In this document: one piece after another, positions 11,138 through 21,845 of the stretch
Position numbering within the stretch: the first letter of the stretch is position 1
Layout: every line of letters begins with the position of its first letter
The notes under the pieces: model-generated
Told to the model about the DNA's origin: nothing
Databases searched by the model: none
The model's input: the letters and a program-made list of their open reading frames with translations, nothing else
Translations under genes and position numbers: made by a program
Assembly: GCA_963718235.1 (NCBI GenBank)
Contig: CAVQYR010000001.1
Location: forward strand, 768,001-832,000
Length of the DNA: 64,000 bases
Source of the DNA: an uncultured Actinomycetota bacterium
GTDB taxonomy: Bacteria; Actinomycetota; Actinomycetes; JAHEKZ01
Direction of reading: 5' to 3'

Positions 11138-12124
11138 ATGCGTGTACTGCTGGCTGATTCGTTGGACCCCGGTGCCGTCGAGGCACTGGAGCGGCGTGGA
11201 CACACCGTGGTGGTCCGGGCAGACCTGACGGCCGACTCCCTCCCCGAGGCCATCGCGGGGTTCGAGGTCCTCGTCGTGCGCAGCACCAAGGTGACCGCAG
11301 CGACCCTCCGGGCCGGCGACCGTCTCGCGCTGGTGGTCCGGGCCGGTTCCGGCACCAACACCATCGACTGTGCCGCGGCCACGGCCGTCGGTGTAGTCGT
11401 GGCCAACGTCCCGGGCGCGAACGCGGTGGCCGTGGCCGAGCTCACCCTGGGGCTGGTCCTCGCCCTGGACCGCCACATCCCCGACCAGGTCGTCGCCGCC
11501 CGCGCCGGCGTGTGGGACAAGAAGGGCTTCGGGCGGGCCAAGGGGCTGCACGGTGCCCGGCTCGGCATCGTCGGCTTCGGTGCCATTGGTCAGGCGGTGG
11601 CCCACCGGGCCGCGGCCTTCGGCATGTCGTTGTGCGTGCTCGACCGAGCCACCCGGTCGGCCGCCGCCGCAGCGGCGATCGAGCGGTACTCGATCGGGTC
11701 GGCCCCGTCACTGCTCGACCTCGCCCGCACGGTCGACGTCCTCAGCATCCACGTCCCCTCGGGCGCGACGACCAAGGGGCTGGTCAGCGACGAGGTCATC
11801 GCGGCCCTCCCGGACGGCGCGCTGCTGATCAACACGTCCAGGGCCGACGTCGTCGACCACGACGCGCTGCTCGCGGCCCTCGACTCCGGTCGGATCCGGG
11901 CCGGGCTCGACGTCTTCCCCGACGAGCCGGGTACGGCCTCGTCCACCGAGTGGACCTCCAGACTCGCCTCGCACCCAGGAGTCGTCGCCACACACCACAT
12001 CGGGGCGTCGACCGGTCAGGCCCAGCTTGCCGTGGCGCACGGGGTGGTCGACGTGATCGCCTCCCACGAGTCGGGGCGGACCCTGAACGTCGTCAACCCG
12101 GACGCACTCAGCGTCGGTCGATGA
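11138..12124 (+). CDS. D-isomer 2-hydroxyacid dehydrogenase, short SerA-like (no ACT domain)
   Basis: VVRSTKV, RAGSGTNTID, NAVAVAE, GIVGFGAIG, INTSR, DVFPDEP, HIGAST. Confidence 0.88.
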   Translation: MRVLLADSLDPGAVEALERRGHTVVVRADLTADSLPEAIAGFEVLVVRSTKVTAATLRAGDRLALVVRAGSGTNTIDCAAATAVGVVVANVPGANAVAVAELTLGLVLALDRHIPDQVVAARAGVWDKKGFGRAKGLHGARLGIVGFGAIGQAVAHRAAAFGMSLCVLDRATRSAAAAAAIERYSIGSAPSLLDLARTVDVLSIHVPSGATTKGLVSDEVIAALPDGALLINTSRADVVDHDALLAALDSGRIRAGLDVFPDEPGTASSTEWTSRLASHPGVVATHHIGASTGQAQLAVAHGVVDVIASHESGRTLNVVNPDALSVGR

Positions 12125-13305
12125 CGTCGCCGCACTCGCTCGTGCGGCCGTTCTCCGCACGCGTCGTCCGTCAGGAGTGGGCTGACCAGGTCGTGAGTCC
12201 TATGCACGACTCGCTGTCCTCGCAGGCGCGGGCGCAGGCCCTGGTCGACCACCCGATGAACTTCCTCAACGTGACCCGCTCGTCACACGACCTCCCGGGG
12301 ATGTCCACCGCCGAGCTCGGCCGCGCCAACGCCGAGGCGCTGCAGCGCATCCTCGATGCGGGGGCCTACCACGAAGCCGGCTCCCCTCACCTGTACGTGT
12401 ACCGGGTGGAGGGTGCGCAGCAGGAGCACGTGGGCATCGTCGCCGAGGTCGACCTCCACGGTTTCGCCGACGGGCGGGTGCTCGGTCACGAGGCCGTCCA
12501 ACCCGCACGGGTCGACGCCCTGGTGAGCCACTTCGACGCCGTCCCTGCCCGGTCGGAGCTCGTGGCCCTGACCCATCGGGCCAACCCGGTCGTCGCCGAG
12601 GTCATGGCGAACGCCGCGCGGGCCGAGCCGATGCTCTCGGTCACCGACCTCATGGGATGCGAGCAGACGGTGTGGCGGGTCGACGACGCCGACGCGCTGC
12701 GCGTGGCGCAGGCGCTCAGCGCGGTTCGGCTGTACATCGCCGACGGGCACCACCGGGTCGCCGCGAGCGTGCGCCGGTGGGAGGCCCGCGGCCGACCCGA
12801 CGGGCAAGGGGTGCTCTGCGTCCTCTACCCGGAGGAGCAGCTCCACCTGCTCGCCTTCCACCGCCGGGTCACGGGGTCCCTCGACGTCGACGAGCTGTTG
12901 CGCGCCCTGGCCAGTCGGCTGGAGGTCGTGCCGGTAGAGGCGCCGCACCGAGAGGTCGGCGAGTTCGGTCTCTACGTCCAGCAGGGCTGGTACGCGCTGC
13001 GACCCCAAGCGGAGGAGCACCGACCGGGCGTGGCGGGCCTCGACGTGACCACCCTGGACGACGCCGTCCTGCGACCGCTGCTCGGTGAGGACACGTCGCG
13101 CGTGGAGTTCGTGTCCGAGCTGGCCGACCTCGCCGAGGTCACCGGGCGCTGTGACCGCGACGGGGGAGCACTGTTCCTGCTGGCCGCCCCGAGCATGGAC
13201 CAGCTCGTCGAGGTGGCCGAACGACGAGAGGTCATGGCGCCCAAGAGCACCTACTTCGAGCCCAAGCCACGGGCCGGCATCTTCTTGCGGTTCCCGGCCG
13301 GCTGA
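12121..13305 (+). CDS. DUF1015 family protein
   Basis: VRPF, YVYR, GHE, LYIADGHHR, MAPKSTYFEPKPRAG. ATGA overlap with the upstream gene. Confidence 0.88.
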   Translation: MTSPHSLVRPFSARVVRQEWADQVVSPMHDSLSSQARAQALVDHPMNFLNVTRSSHDLPGMSTAELGRANAEALQRILDAGAYHEAGSPHLYVYRVEGAQQEHVGIVAEVDLHGFADGRVLGHEAVQPARVDALVSHFDAVPARSELVALTHRANPVVAEVMANAARAEPMLSVTDLMGCEQTVWRVDDADALRVAQALSAVRLYIADGHHRVAASVRRWEARGRPDGQGVLCVLYPEEQLHLLAFHRRVTGSLDVDELLRALASRLEVVPVEAPHREVGEFGLYVQQGWYALRPQAEEHRPGVAGLDVTTLDDAVLRPLLGEDTSRVEFVSELADLAEVTGRCDRDGGALFLLAAPSMDQLVEVAERREVMAPKSTYFEPKPRAGIFLRFPAG

Positions 13306-14210
13306 AGGGGACCCTCCAGCGCCAAGGCGACACAGCGTGCGTCGAACTGCTCCCACAGCTGTTCATCGGGGTGATCGGAGTGACTCACCGGGAACTCCAT
13401 CACCTCGTGGGGGCCCCCGAGGTGGTTGGCGATGGCGAAGACGGTTTCGGCCGGAACCACGTCGTCGGACAGACCCAGACCGACAAGGGTCGGGCACGTG
13501 ACACCTGGGGCGATGTTCATGGTGTCGAAGTAGCGCAGCACCAGGGCCAGGTCCTCGGCGCACTGGGGCCGAGCGGCGAGGTACCTGCTCAGCTCGGCCC
13601 CCGACCCCTGCTTGACGAAGAACTGACGACCGTCGGCCCAGCCGAAGGTGGGAACGCCCACAACCAGGACGTCGACCACCTGGAGCATCGCCTCGGCCAT
13701 GAGGGCCAACCCCCCGGCAAAGCTGATCCCGTGGGCTACCAGCCGTGTGGTCTGGCCGCCCAGCAGCTGCCGGCCAACCTGCAGGGCGCGGGCGTAGTCA
13801 CAGACCGCCGCGCGCAGGATCGAGGTCTCCGGGCTCTGGATTCCGGTCAGCACGTATCCAGCGCGCGACACCTCACCGGCGGCGTCCGACGACTCGCCGA
13901 AACCGCGGATGTCGACACCGAGGACGTTGACGCCCCGCTCGGCCCAGTCCCAGCGCACCTCGCACCGGTCCCCGTACCCGTGGCTGTGCACGATCAGCGG
14001 CCGGGGGCCGGGCTGGGCGAGCAGGTACCCGTTGATCCGCGCCGCCCCCAACGAGCTGAAGCTCAGGCGTTGCAGGGTCGCTGCTGACCTGCCCCCACGT
14101 TCGACCGTGGTCGTCCGTGCGGGCACCTCATCGAGCAGCCGGTGGGTCTCCTCCCAGAACTGCACGAGGTCGGGGGGTGTCTGCAGTGCAGGCTTGACGC
14201 TGCGGCGCAC
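13251..14210 (-). CDS. acetylxylan esterase/cephalosporin-C deacetylase-like (CE7) esterase
   Basis: PPDL..FWEET, FSSLG..RINGYL, HGYG, DIRGFG, GISFAGG elbow, LRYFD, D.VVP, C-terminal His. Confidence 0.85.
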   Translation of the reverse strand: MRRSVKPALQTPPDLVQFWEETHRLLDEVPARTTTVERGGRSAATLQRLSFSSLGAARINGYLLAQPGPRPLIVHSHGYGDRCEVRWDWAERGVNVLGVDIRGFGESSDAAGEVSRAGYVLTGIQSPETSILRAAVCDYARALQVGRQLLGGQTTRLVAHGISFAGGLALMAEAMLQVVDVLVVGVPTFGWADGRQFFVKQGSGAELSRYLAARPQCAEDLALVLRYFDTMNIAPGVTCPTLVGLGLSDDVVPAETVFAIANHLGGPHEVMEFPVSHSDHPDEQLWEQFDARCVALALEGPLQPAGNRKKMPARGLGSK

Positions 14211-14263
14211 AACAGCTCCTGGAGGACATTGACCTTCTGAAGAGGATGAAGTAGGCAGCCAGT

Positions 14264-16243
14264 ATGGCAGTCGTGGCCGACCTCGAGAGGTTCGCGTTCT
14301 TCGGCCCCCTGCCGCGCTGGGCCCTCGAGGTACTCGCAGACTCGGCCGAGCAGCGAGTGTTCGCCCCGGGCGACCTCATCGTGCGACAGCACGACAAGGC
14401 GACGTACGCCTACTTCCTTCAGCAAGGCCGGGTGCAGGTCATGCTCAGTCTCCAGGACCGTGACGACCTGGTCATCGAGACGCTGACCGAGGCAGCTCCC
14501 ATGATCGGTTGGTCGGTCTTCCGCCCGCCGTACCGCTACACGTCGTCGATCAGGTGCGAGACCGCGTGCCGGGCCCTCGCTGTTCCGCGGACCGCCTTCG
14601 ACCGGGTGGTGAGCAGCGACGCCACGCTGGAGCCGTTGCTGCTCGGTTGCGCTGCAGCGGTCGTGGCCGAGCGCCTGGAGCGCACGCAGGACGTGCTGTC
14701 CGGCCGCGCCGGAGATGGTCAGCGGCCCGTCGCGCCCTCGTCCCGTCACGCGTGGCAGGCCGTCACGGCCCGGGACCGGGCGGTGCTTGCCGAGTCCCCC
14801 TTCTTCGAGGCGTGCACGGCCTCCGAGCTGTCGCTCCTGGCCGAGCGCGCAGGTGTGGTCACGGTTCCGGCCGGAACCTCGCTGTTCCATCGCGGTGCCG
14901 ACGCCGACCTGCTGCACATGCTGGTCGACGGCCGGGTGCAGCTCCTCCTGGTCGAGGACGACGAGGAGCCGCCCACCACCACACCGAGCAGCCAGACCAT
15001 CGGTGAGGCTGGCCGGGTGGTCGGCTGGTCCGCGCTGGTTGCCCCGTTCCGCTACCGCGCCGGTGCAGTCGCTCTGACAGCGTGCCGCACCGTGGCCTTC
15101 CGACGTTCCGACCTTAATGCCCTTACCGACCAGCTCCCTGCTCTCGGGGCGACCTTGATGCACCAGCTCCTGGCCGTGCTCGGCAACCGGCTGCGTGAGA
15201 CGCGGATGTGGGCCGTGGCCCGACGCTACGACGACGAGCTGGTCGCGATCCGAAGCCTGATCGACCAGAACGCCGAGGCGCTCAGCGTCACGTCCCCGCT
15301 GCACAAGCTTCCGCTGTTCCTGGAGAACCGGATCACCATGCCGGACGCCTTTCAGGCCATGGAGCTGCTCGCGGCGCACGGGGACGAGCTCGAACGCACG
15401 TTGGCCCGATCGTGCCTGGACCTCATGGCCAGCATGCAGCGGGAGGGTGACATCTACCGCCGGCTGCAGGCCATCTACCAACACGTTGCTGCCGCCTCCG
15501 ACGACACCCCTCCGAGCGAGGTGCGCCGTCGGTGCGCCGAGGAGTTCCAGCAGCTCTTCGACAAGCTCCGCTACGAGATTCGAGGCCAGGACCTGCTCCC
15601 GGAGGCCCGAGGACACCTCTTCATCATGAACCACCTGACGAACCACGACGAGAACCTGCTCCCGAACGGCTTCCGGCTCACGATGGACACGCACTTCGTC
15701 TCGAGCATGATCGTGTTCCCCAGGTACGGCGAGGCGCCGATTCGGGTGATCCGCCGACCCTTCAGTGACGAGTACGCCCACCAGATGTACTACGAGCGCC
15801 TCGACTACATCTACGTGTACCGCGCGCACCTCGACCCCGCGGACCTCGCCGAAGGTGAGGACACACTCGCCAGACGTCGGGCCTTCCTCGACGATGCCCA
15901 GTCCCGACTCGGCCGAGGCGAGAACATCGTGATCTGTCCCGAGGGTGACTGCACGTCCACCGAGAGCTCCCCGTTGCCGCTGAGAAGTGGTGCCTTCCGG
16001 CTGGCGCTCTACTCCAAGCCGGAGCCGCTCATCGTCCCGATCACAGTGGCGGACTTCGACAAGCGCCTCGCCCGGACGACCCTTACCGCGGTCGTGCACC
16101 AACCCTTCCGACTCTCCGAACAGCTGCCTGGGTCACCTGGGGATGCTGACCTGTTCGCGTGGATGGACCAGTTCCAGGAGACCTTCGCTCGCTACGTCGC
16201 CGAGACCCGTGATCTGGCAGCACACGTCGTGCCAGCGGTCTAG
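14264..16243 (+). CDS. two cNMP-binding-fold domains fused to a PlsC-type acyltransferase
   Basis: Repeated FF..L..LA..G..I/L..LL..GRVQ..GWS..P.RY modules; acyltransferase motifs NHLTNHD (HX4D), ICPEG, LRSGAFRLA, IVPI. Confidence 0.8.
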   Translation: MAVVADLERFAFFGPLPRWALEVLADSAEQRVFAPGDLIVRQHDKATYAYFLQQGRVQVMLSLQDRDDLVIETLTEAAPMIGWSVFRPPYRYTSSIRCETACRALAVPRTAFDRVVSSDATLEPLLLGCAAAVVAERLERTQDVLSGRAGDGQRPVAPSSRHAWQAVTARDRAVLAESPFFEACTASELSLLAERAGVVTVPAGTSLFHRGADADLLHMLVDGRVQLLLVEDDEEPPTTTPSSQTIGEAGRVVGWSALVAPFRYRAGAVALTACRTVAFRRSDLNALTDQLPALGATLMHQLLAVLGNRLRETRMWAVARRYDDELVAIRSLIDQNAEALSVTSPLHKLPLFLENRITMPDAFQAMELLAAHGDELERTLARSCLDLMASMQREGDIYRRLQAIYQHVAAASDDTPPSEVRRRCAEEFQQLFDKLRYEIRGQDLLPEARGHLFIMNHLTNHDENLLPNGFRLTMDTHFVSSMIVFPRYGEAPIRVIRRPFSDEYAHQMYYERLDYIYVYRAHLDPADLAEGEDTLARRRAFLDDAQSRLGRGENIVICPEGDCTSTESSPLPLRSGAFRLALYSKPEPLIVPITVADFDKRLARTTLTAVVHQPFRLSEQLPGSPGDADLFAWMDQFQETFARYVAETRDLAAHVVPAV

Positions 16244-16278
16244 GTCTGGCGGCTCAACCGCTGGGCTAGGGTCGGGCC

Positions 16279-16887
16279 GTGGCTCGATCCCGACTCGTGG
16301 TCCTGGTGTCCGGCTCCGGGACCAACCTCCAGGCGCTCCTCGACGCCGGGCACGACCCGGACTACCCGGCCACCGTGGTCGCAGTCGGTGCGGACCGGCC
16401 CGGGATCCCCGCCCTCGCCCGCGCCGAGGCGGCCGGCGTGCCCACCTTCGTCTCGCCGGTGAGCGATTTCGACAGCCGCGAGGAGTGGGACCGGTCCTTC
16501 ACCGCCGCCGTGGCCGCCCACCGACCTGACCTCGTCGTGTCGGCCGGGTTCATGAAGCTGGCCGGAGCGACGTTCCTCGGTACGTTCGGTGGTCGCTACG
16601 TGAACACCCATCCGGCCCTGCTGCCCTCGTTCCCCGGGATGCACGGGGCGCGCGATGCCGTGAACTACGGCGTGAAGTTCACGGGGTGCACGCTGTTCCT
16701 GGTCGACGCCGGCGTCGACACCGGCCCGATCGTCGCGCAGGCGGTGGTGCCCGTCCGCGACGACGACGACGAAGGCACGCTGCACGAGCGCATCAAGGTC
16801 GAGGAGCGGCGCCTGGTCGTCGACTCGGTTGCCCGGATGGCCCGCGAGGGCTGGACCGTCACTGGAAGGAAGGTCACGATCCCGTGA
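16279..16887 (+). CDS. purN: phosphoribosylglycinamide formyltransferase
   Basis: [33 protein letters not shown]. Confidence 0.98.
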   Translation: MARSRLVVLVSGSGTNLQALLDAGHDPDYPATVVAVGADRPGIPALARAEAAGVPTFVSPVSDFDSREEWDRSFTAAVAAHRPDLVVSAGFMKLAGATFLGTFGGRYVNTHPALLPSFPGMHGARDAVNYGVKFTGCTLFLVDAGVDTGPIVAQAVVPVRDDDDEGTLHERIKVEERRLVVDSVARMAREGWTVTGRKVTIP

Positions 16888-18446
16888 GCCAACGCCCGAT
16901 CCGCCGCGCCCTGATCAGCGTGTACGACAAGACCGGCCTCGACGACCTGGCCTTAGGTCTCGCGGCGGCCGGGGTCGCGATCGTCTCCACCGGATCGACC
17001 GCGGGGCGGATCGCCGCAGCCGGGGTCGCCGTGCAGAAGGTCGAGGACCTCACCGGCTTTCCCGAGACGCTCGACGGGCGGGTCAAGACGCTGCACCCGA
17101 AGGTGCACGCCGGAATTCTGGCCGACCTGCGCAAGCTCGAGCACGTGGCGCAGCTCGAGGAGCTCGGTATCGAGGCGTTCGACCTGGTGGTCGTGAACCT
17201 CTACCCCTTCAGCCAGACCGTGGCGACCGGCGCCTCACCCGATGAGTGCGTGGAGCAGATCGACATCGGGGGTCCGGCCATGGTGCGCGCCGCCGCGAAG
17301 AACCACCCGACCGTCGCGGTCGTCGTGTCGCCGGGCCACTACGCGGACGTCGTGGCCGCTGCCCAGGGGGGCGGGTTCACCCTGGAGCAGCGGCAGCGAC
17401 TGGCCGTGGAGGCCTTCGCGCACACGGCCTCCTACGACGTGGCCGTTGCCTCGTGGCTCGGCAGCGTCGTGGCGCCTGACCTGGACGGCGAAGGCTTCCC
17501 CAGGTGGCTGGGTGGCACCTGGCACCGCAAGGACGTGCTGCGCTACGGCGAGAACCCCCACCAGCGAGCCGCCCTCTACGCCGACGACCACACCGCCCCG
17601 GGTCTGGCGCAGGCCGAACAGCTGCACGGCAAGGAGATGTCGTACAACAACTACATCGACGCCGACGCCGCCCGCCGGGCCGCCTACGACCACGAGGCGC
17701 CGTGCGTGGCGATCATCAAGCACGCGAACCCGTGCGGGATCGCCCTCGGGTCCGACATCGCCGACGCCTACCGCAAGGCCTTCGACTGTGACCCGGTGTC
17801 GGCGTTCGGTGGGGTGGTCGCCACGAACCGACCGGTCTCGGCCGCCATGGCCACCGCCATGGCCGAGGTGTTCACCGAGGTCGTCGTCGCCCCTGGCTTC
17901 GACGAGGCCGCACTCGAGGTGTTGACGAAGAAGAAGAACGTCCGCGTCCTTCGCTGCTCGGGGCCGCACCCGGGGGCGGCCGTCGAGATGCGGCCGGTCA
18001 GCGGCGGGCTGCTCGTCCAGAGCCTCGACGACGTCGAGGCCGACGGCGACGACCCGCAGCAGTGGACGTTGGCCTGCGGCACGCCGGCCGACGACGCGAC
18101 GATGGCCGACCTGGAGTTCGCCTGGCGGGCCGTGCGCGCGGTGAAGTCGAACGCGATCCTCCTGTCCCAGGACCGCGCCAGCGTGGGCGTCGGCATGGGC
18201 CAGGTGAACCGGGTCGACTCGGCCAAGCTCGCCGTGGCGCGCGCCGGCGAGGTGCGCGCCCGTGGTTCGGTCGCGGCGTCCGACGCGTTCTTCCCGTTCC
18301 CCGACGGCCTCGAGGTGCTGCTCGAGGCCGGGGTCAGGGCGGTCGTCCAGCCCGGTGGGTCCATGCGCGACGCCGAGGTGGTCGCCGCAGCCGAGGCGGC
18401 CGGAGTGACGATGTACCTCACCGGTACCCGCCACTTCTTCCACTAG
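16884..18446 (+). CDS. purH: bifunctional AICAR transformylase/IMP cyclohydrolase
   Basis: [45 protein letters not shown]. Confidence 0.98.
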   Translation: MSQRPIRRALISVYDKTGLDDLALGLAAAGVAIVSTGSTAGRIAAAGVAVQKVEDLTGFPETLDGRVKTLHPKVHAGILADLRKLEHVAQLEELGIEAFDLVVVNLYPFSQTVATGASPDECVEQIDIGGPAMVRAAAKNHPTVAVVVSPGHYADVVAAAQGGGFTLEQRQRLAVEAFAHTASYDVAVASWLGSVVAPDLDGEGFPRWLGGTWHRKDVLRYGENPHQRAALYADDHTAPGLAQAEQLHGKEMSYNNYIDADAARRAAYDHEAPCVAIIKHANPCGIALGSDIADAYRKAFDCDPVSAFGGVVATNRPVSAAMATAMAEVFTEVVVAPGFDEAALEVLTKKKNVRVLRCSGPHPGAAVEMRPVSGGLLVQSLDDVEADGDDPQQWTLACGTPADDATMADLEFAWRAVRAVKSNAILLSQDRASVGVGMGQVNRVDSAKLAVARAGEVRARGSVAASDAFFPFPDGLEVLLEAGVRAVVQPGGSMRDAEVVAAAEAAGVTMYLTGTRHFFH

Positions 18447-19540
18447 TGCCCGTCGCGCGCCCGTAGGTAGACCTGGGTGAACTGGTAGACGTACTCATCC
18501 TTCTCCGGGTAGACGCCGTGGCTGAATGCCTGCGACTGCACGCCGCGCTGCACCCGCTCGCACACCGTGTTGTCCTGACCGCCGACCAGCTCGCCGAACT
18601 CGACCATCGGGCTCGGGTCGAAGTCGGGCGCTGCGATCGCGTCGGGGTGGAACAGGTACAGGGCGACCTGGTGCGTACGGGTCGGTCCCAGGGGGATCAG
18701 CTGGGTCACCACGACGCCGGTGCCCGAAATGTCGATCATCAGGTTCGGGAAGACCGTGCCGCCGTAGACCGACTGCGCCTCGACCTCGTTCATGGTCGGG
18801 AGGACCGGGATGGTCGACTGCCCGTCGGCTGAGTAGCTCGAGCCACCGGACAGCCAGACGCCGCCGTCGTCACGCCCCTCCTCGAAGACCCAGCCCTTGC
18901 GATAGGCCGGGATCACCTCGACGAGCTCAGGGTGCACGGTCGGGCAGTGCAGGCACTCGTTGTAGTTCTCGATCAGGATCTTCCAGTTCGCCTCGACGAT
19001 CCACTCGGTCGTCGCACCGATGCGCAGGGTGTCCATCTCGAACCGCTCGAAGCTGAGCATCTCGTCGTAGCTCTCACCGATCACCTCGCGCAACGGCCGT
19101 GGTGTCTGCTTGTCCAGGTTGACGAAGACGAATCCCTGCCACACGTCGACGTGGACCGGCCACAGCGACAGCTGGGAGCGGTCCAGCTCGTCCTCGGCGA
19201 CCTTCGGGGTGACGACCAGGTCGCCCTTCATGTCGTAGCACCAGGCGTGGTACGGACACATGATGGTGCCCTTGTCGTGTCCGGCCCGCTCGTCGCGCAA
19301 CCGGGAACCGCGGTGGCGACAGACGTTGTAGAAGGCGTGGAGCCGACCGTCGTCACCGCACACGACGATGACGCTCTCGCCGACGACGTCGATGGTGAAC
19401 CACTGCCCCGGCTCGGCCGCCTGCTCGACCCGCCCGGCGCAGAACCACGAGCGCAGGAAGATGCTCTGCCGCTCCTGCTCGTAGACCTCGGGGGCGTGGT
19501 AGTCGCGCCCCGGGAGCGTGTGGCGGTCCATCCGGGTCAT
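18443..19540 (-). CDS. Rieske non-heme iron oxygenase alpha subunit (betaine/choline oxygenase-like group)
   Basis: CRHRG..CPYHAW Rieske ligands; [17 protein letters not shown] and QD..CERVQRG mononuclear Fe motifs. Confidence 0.9.
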   Translation of the reverse strand: MTRMDRHTLPGRDYHAPEVYEQERQSIFLRSWFCAGRVEQAAEPGQWFTIDVVGESVIVVCGDDGRLHAFYNVCRHRGSRLRDERAGHDKGTIMCPYHAWCYDMKGDLVVTPKVAEDELDRSQLSLWPVHVDVWQGFVFVNLDKQTPRPLREVIGESYDEMLSFERFEMDTLRIGATTEWIVEANWKILIENYNECLHCPTVHPELVEVIPAYRKGWVFEEGRDDGGVWLSGGSSYSADGQSTIPVLPTMNEVEAQSVYGGTVFPNLMIDISGTGVVVTQLIPLGPTRTHQVALYLFHPDAIAAPDFDPSPMVEFGELVGGQDNTVCERVQRGVQSQAFSHGVYPEKDEYVYQFTQVYLRARDGH

Positions 19541-19562
19541 GTGTGCCTCCGTCTGTCTACCG

Positions 19563-19580
19563 ACTGACTGATCAGTCAGT
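19563..19580. promoter_or_regulatory. putative TetR/BetI-like operator CTGA-N8-TCAG, copy 2 (perfect 18-bp palindrome)
   Basis: ACTGACTGATCAGTCAGT in the 89-bp gap between the divergent Rieske and DMT genes. Confidence 0.75.
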
Positions 19581-19629
19581 GAAGGACGCTACCACCGAAC
19601 GGCCGGGTCGACCCGGCACACTGGGCCCG

Positions 19630-20600
19630 GTGAGCCAGCAGCGGGTGGGCCCGAGCGCGGCGGCGGCGTTCGCGGCCGGTGTGGTCGTCGCGGTCCAGGG
19701 ACGGATCAACGGCGAGCTCGGGCAGGCTCTCGACGACGGGGTGCTCGCGGCGGCCGTCAACTTCACGGTCGGGCTGACCGTCCTGGTCGTCCTCGTCGCC
19801 GCTCGACGACCCGCTCGCAGCGCGCTGCGCGGGCTCCGGGGGCAGCTGGCCGACGGCCAGCTGCCGAGGTGGACGCTGCTCGGCGGTCTGGCGGGGGCCA
19901 TGTACGTCGCGGGGCAGGGGGTCACGATCGCCGCCCTGGGGGTGGCCCTGTTCACCGTGGCGACGGTGGCCGGGCAGACGGGCATGGGCCTGGGTGTGGA
20001 CCGGTTCGGGCTCGGCCCGACCGGGTCGGTACCGATCACGGTGCTTCGGGTCGCGGCCGCGGTCCTGGCCACGGCAGCGGTGGGCCTGGCCGCGTCCGGC
20101 CGTGAGGGGTCGGGGGAGACGGCTCGATGCTCTTCCTGCTCCTGGCCTTCGCGGCCGGGGCGGCCGTGGCCTTCCAGGCCGCCTTCAACGGGCGGGTCTC
20201 CGTCGCCACCGGGCAGCCCACGGTGGCGGCTCTGGTCAACTTCGTCGTGGGACTCACCGCGCTGGCGACGATCCTCGTCTTGACCCACACGGTCGGGGGA
20301 AGGGCCTGGCCGGCGGTTCCCACGGCGGTCGGTGACCTGTGGCTCTACAGCGGTGGGGCCATGGGGGTCGTGTTCGTGGTCACCGCGGCCTGGACCGTGC
20401 GTGCACTGGGGGTGCTGCTGTTCTCGCTGGTCGTGCTCACCGGAACCCTGCTCGGGGCCGTCGCGGTCGACGTCGTGTTCCCCACCGACGGCGCGCAGCT
20501 CACCTGGAACCTGGCCGTCGGGATCGCCTTGACCCTGGTCGCGGTCGGCCTGGCGGTGGGCCCGTCGTCGAGACGCCCGCGCAGCCGAGTCGCTGCATGA
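19630..20600 (+). pseudogene. DMT-superfamily (DUF606-type, two-repeat) transporter with one frameshift (possibly a sequencing error)
   Basis: Two homologous halves (Q..INGELG..NF.VG and QAAFNGR..NFVVG) in different frames. Adding one G to the G5 run at 20112-20116 joins them. Confidence 0.75.
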
Positions 20601-20604
20601 CAAG

Positions 20605-21468
20605 ATGACGCACGTGACGGCGACCATTCTCGACGGCAAGGCGACGGCGGCGGCGATCAAGTCCGATCTCGCTCGTCGCGTGGATGCGCTCAAGCTGCAG
20701 GGGATCAACCCCGGGCTCGGCACGGTGCTGGTCGGAGACGACCCGGGCAGCCACGCCTACGTCGGTGGAAAGCACCGCGACTGCGCAGAGGTCGGCATCG
20801 CGAGCCTGCGGGTCGACCTCCCCGGCGATGCCTCCCAGGCCGATGTCGAGGCGGTCGTGCGTGAGCTGAACGCGGACCCGGCGTGCACCGGGTACATCGT
20901 GCAGCTGCCGCTGCCGAAGGGGCTCGACGCCAACACCGTGCTCGAGCAGATGGACCCCGACAAGGACGCCGACGGCCTGCACCCGACCAACCTGGGGCGT
21001 CTCGTCCTCGGCCAGCCGGGACCTCTGCCGTGCACGCCCCGAGGGATGGTCGAGCTGCTGCGGCGGTTCGAGGTGCCCCTGGACGGCGCCGAGGTCACCG
21101 TCGTCGGTCGCGGCGTCACGGTGGGGCGCCCGCTCGGGCTGCTGCTCACCCGGCGCAGCGAGAACTCGACCGTCACCCTGTGCCACACCGGGACCAAGCA
21201 CCTGGCCAAGCACCTGCGCGACGCGGACATCATCGTCGCGGCGGCCGGGGTCGCCGGGATCATCACACCCGACGTCGTCAAGCCCGGTGCGGCGGTCCTC
21301 GACGTCGGCATCACGCGCACCGAGCTCGGGCTGGTGGGCGACGTCCACCCGGAGGTCGCGGAGGTCGCGGGCTACCTGGCTCCCATGCCGGGCGGGGTCG
21401 GGCCGATGACCCGGGCGATGCTGCTGCTGAACGTGGTCGAGCGGGCCGAGGCCTCCGCGGGCAGGTGA
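20605..21468 (+). CDS. folD: methylenetetrahydrofolate dehydrogenase/cyclohydrolase
   Basis: [32 protein letters not shown]. Confidence 0.98.
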   Translation: MTHVTATILDGKATAAAIKSDLARRVDALKLQGINPGLGTVLVGDDPGSHAYVGGKHRDCAEVGIASLRVDLPGDASQADVEAVVRELNADPACTGYIVQLPLPKGLDANTVLEQMDPDKDADGLHPTNLGRLVLGQPGPLPCTPRGMVELLRRFEVPLDGAEVTVVGRGVTVGRPLGLLLTRRSENSTVTLCHTGTKHLAKHLRDADIIVAAAGVAGIITPDVVKPGAAVLDVGITRTELGLVGDVHPEVAEVAGYLAPMPGGVGPMTRAMLLLNVVERAEASAGR

Positions 21469-21476
21469 CCACCGCG

Positions 21477-21803
21477 ATGGACGACGAGGTCGTGCTCGAC
21501 GGAGAGGGCAACCCGATCGACCACGAGCCGTTCGTCGACCGGGTGCGCGACCAGTGGCCCTTGGCGCTGGTGATGCTCGGGATGGCGGTCGGGCTGGGGA
21601 TCGTGGCCGTGGGCCCGTTCCGTGCGGGGTCCCTGGTGGTCGCCGCGTCCGTGGTCTTCGCCGCCTTCCTTCGTGCCTTCCTGCCCGGGGACACCGCAGG
21701 GATGCTGGCGGTACGCAGTCGCACCGTCGACGTGGTCACGCTCGCGCTGCTCGGCGTCTCGCTCACCGTCATGGCCTTCCTCGTCCCCTCGCCACCGCCC
21801 TGA
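21477..21803 (+). CDS. DUF3017 family membrane protein
   Basis: QWP, FR.G, AGMLAVRSR..D. Usual position after folD. Confidence 0.82.
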   Translation: MDDEVVLDGEGNPIDHEPFVDRVRDQWPLALVMLGMAVGLGIVAVGPFRAGSLVVAASVVFAAFLRAFLPGDTAGMLAVRSRTVDVVTLALLGVSLTVMAFLVPSPPP

Positions 21804-21845
21804 CCCCGATGCCGCCGTCGCCAGCGGGCTCGATAACCTGCGGAC

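Noticed and set aside
16244-16278. ZTP riboswitch before purN/purH/folD, or cobalamin riboswitch before the mutase genes
   Set aside because: Gaps are too short or the starts appear leaderless, and no consensus elements were recognised.
20105-20125. Programmed frameshift or phase variation in the DMT gene (and GGCT at ~53598)
   Set aside because: Runs are only 4-5 G with no slippery heptamer; single-base loss in a homopolymer is a typical long-read error.
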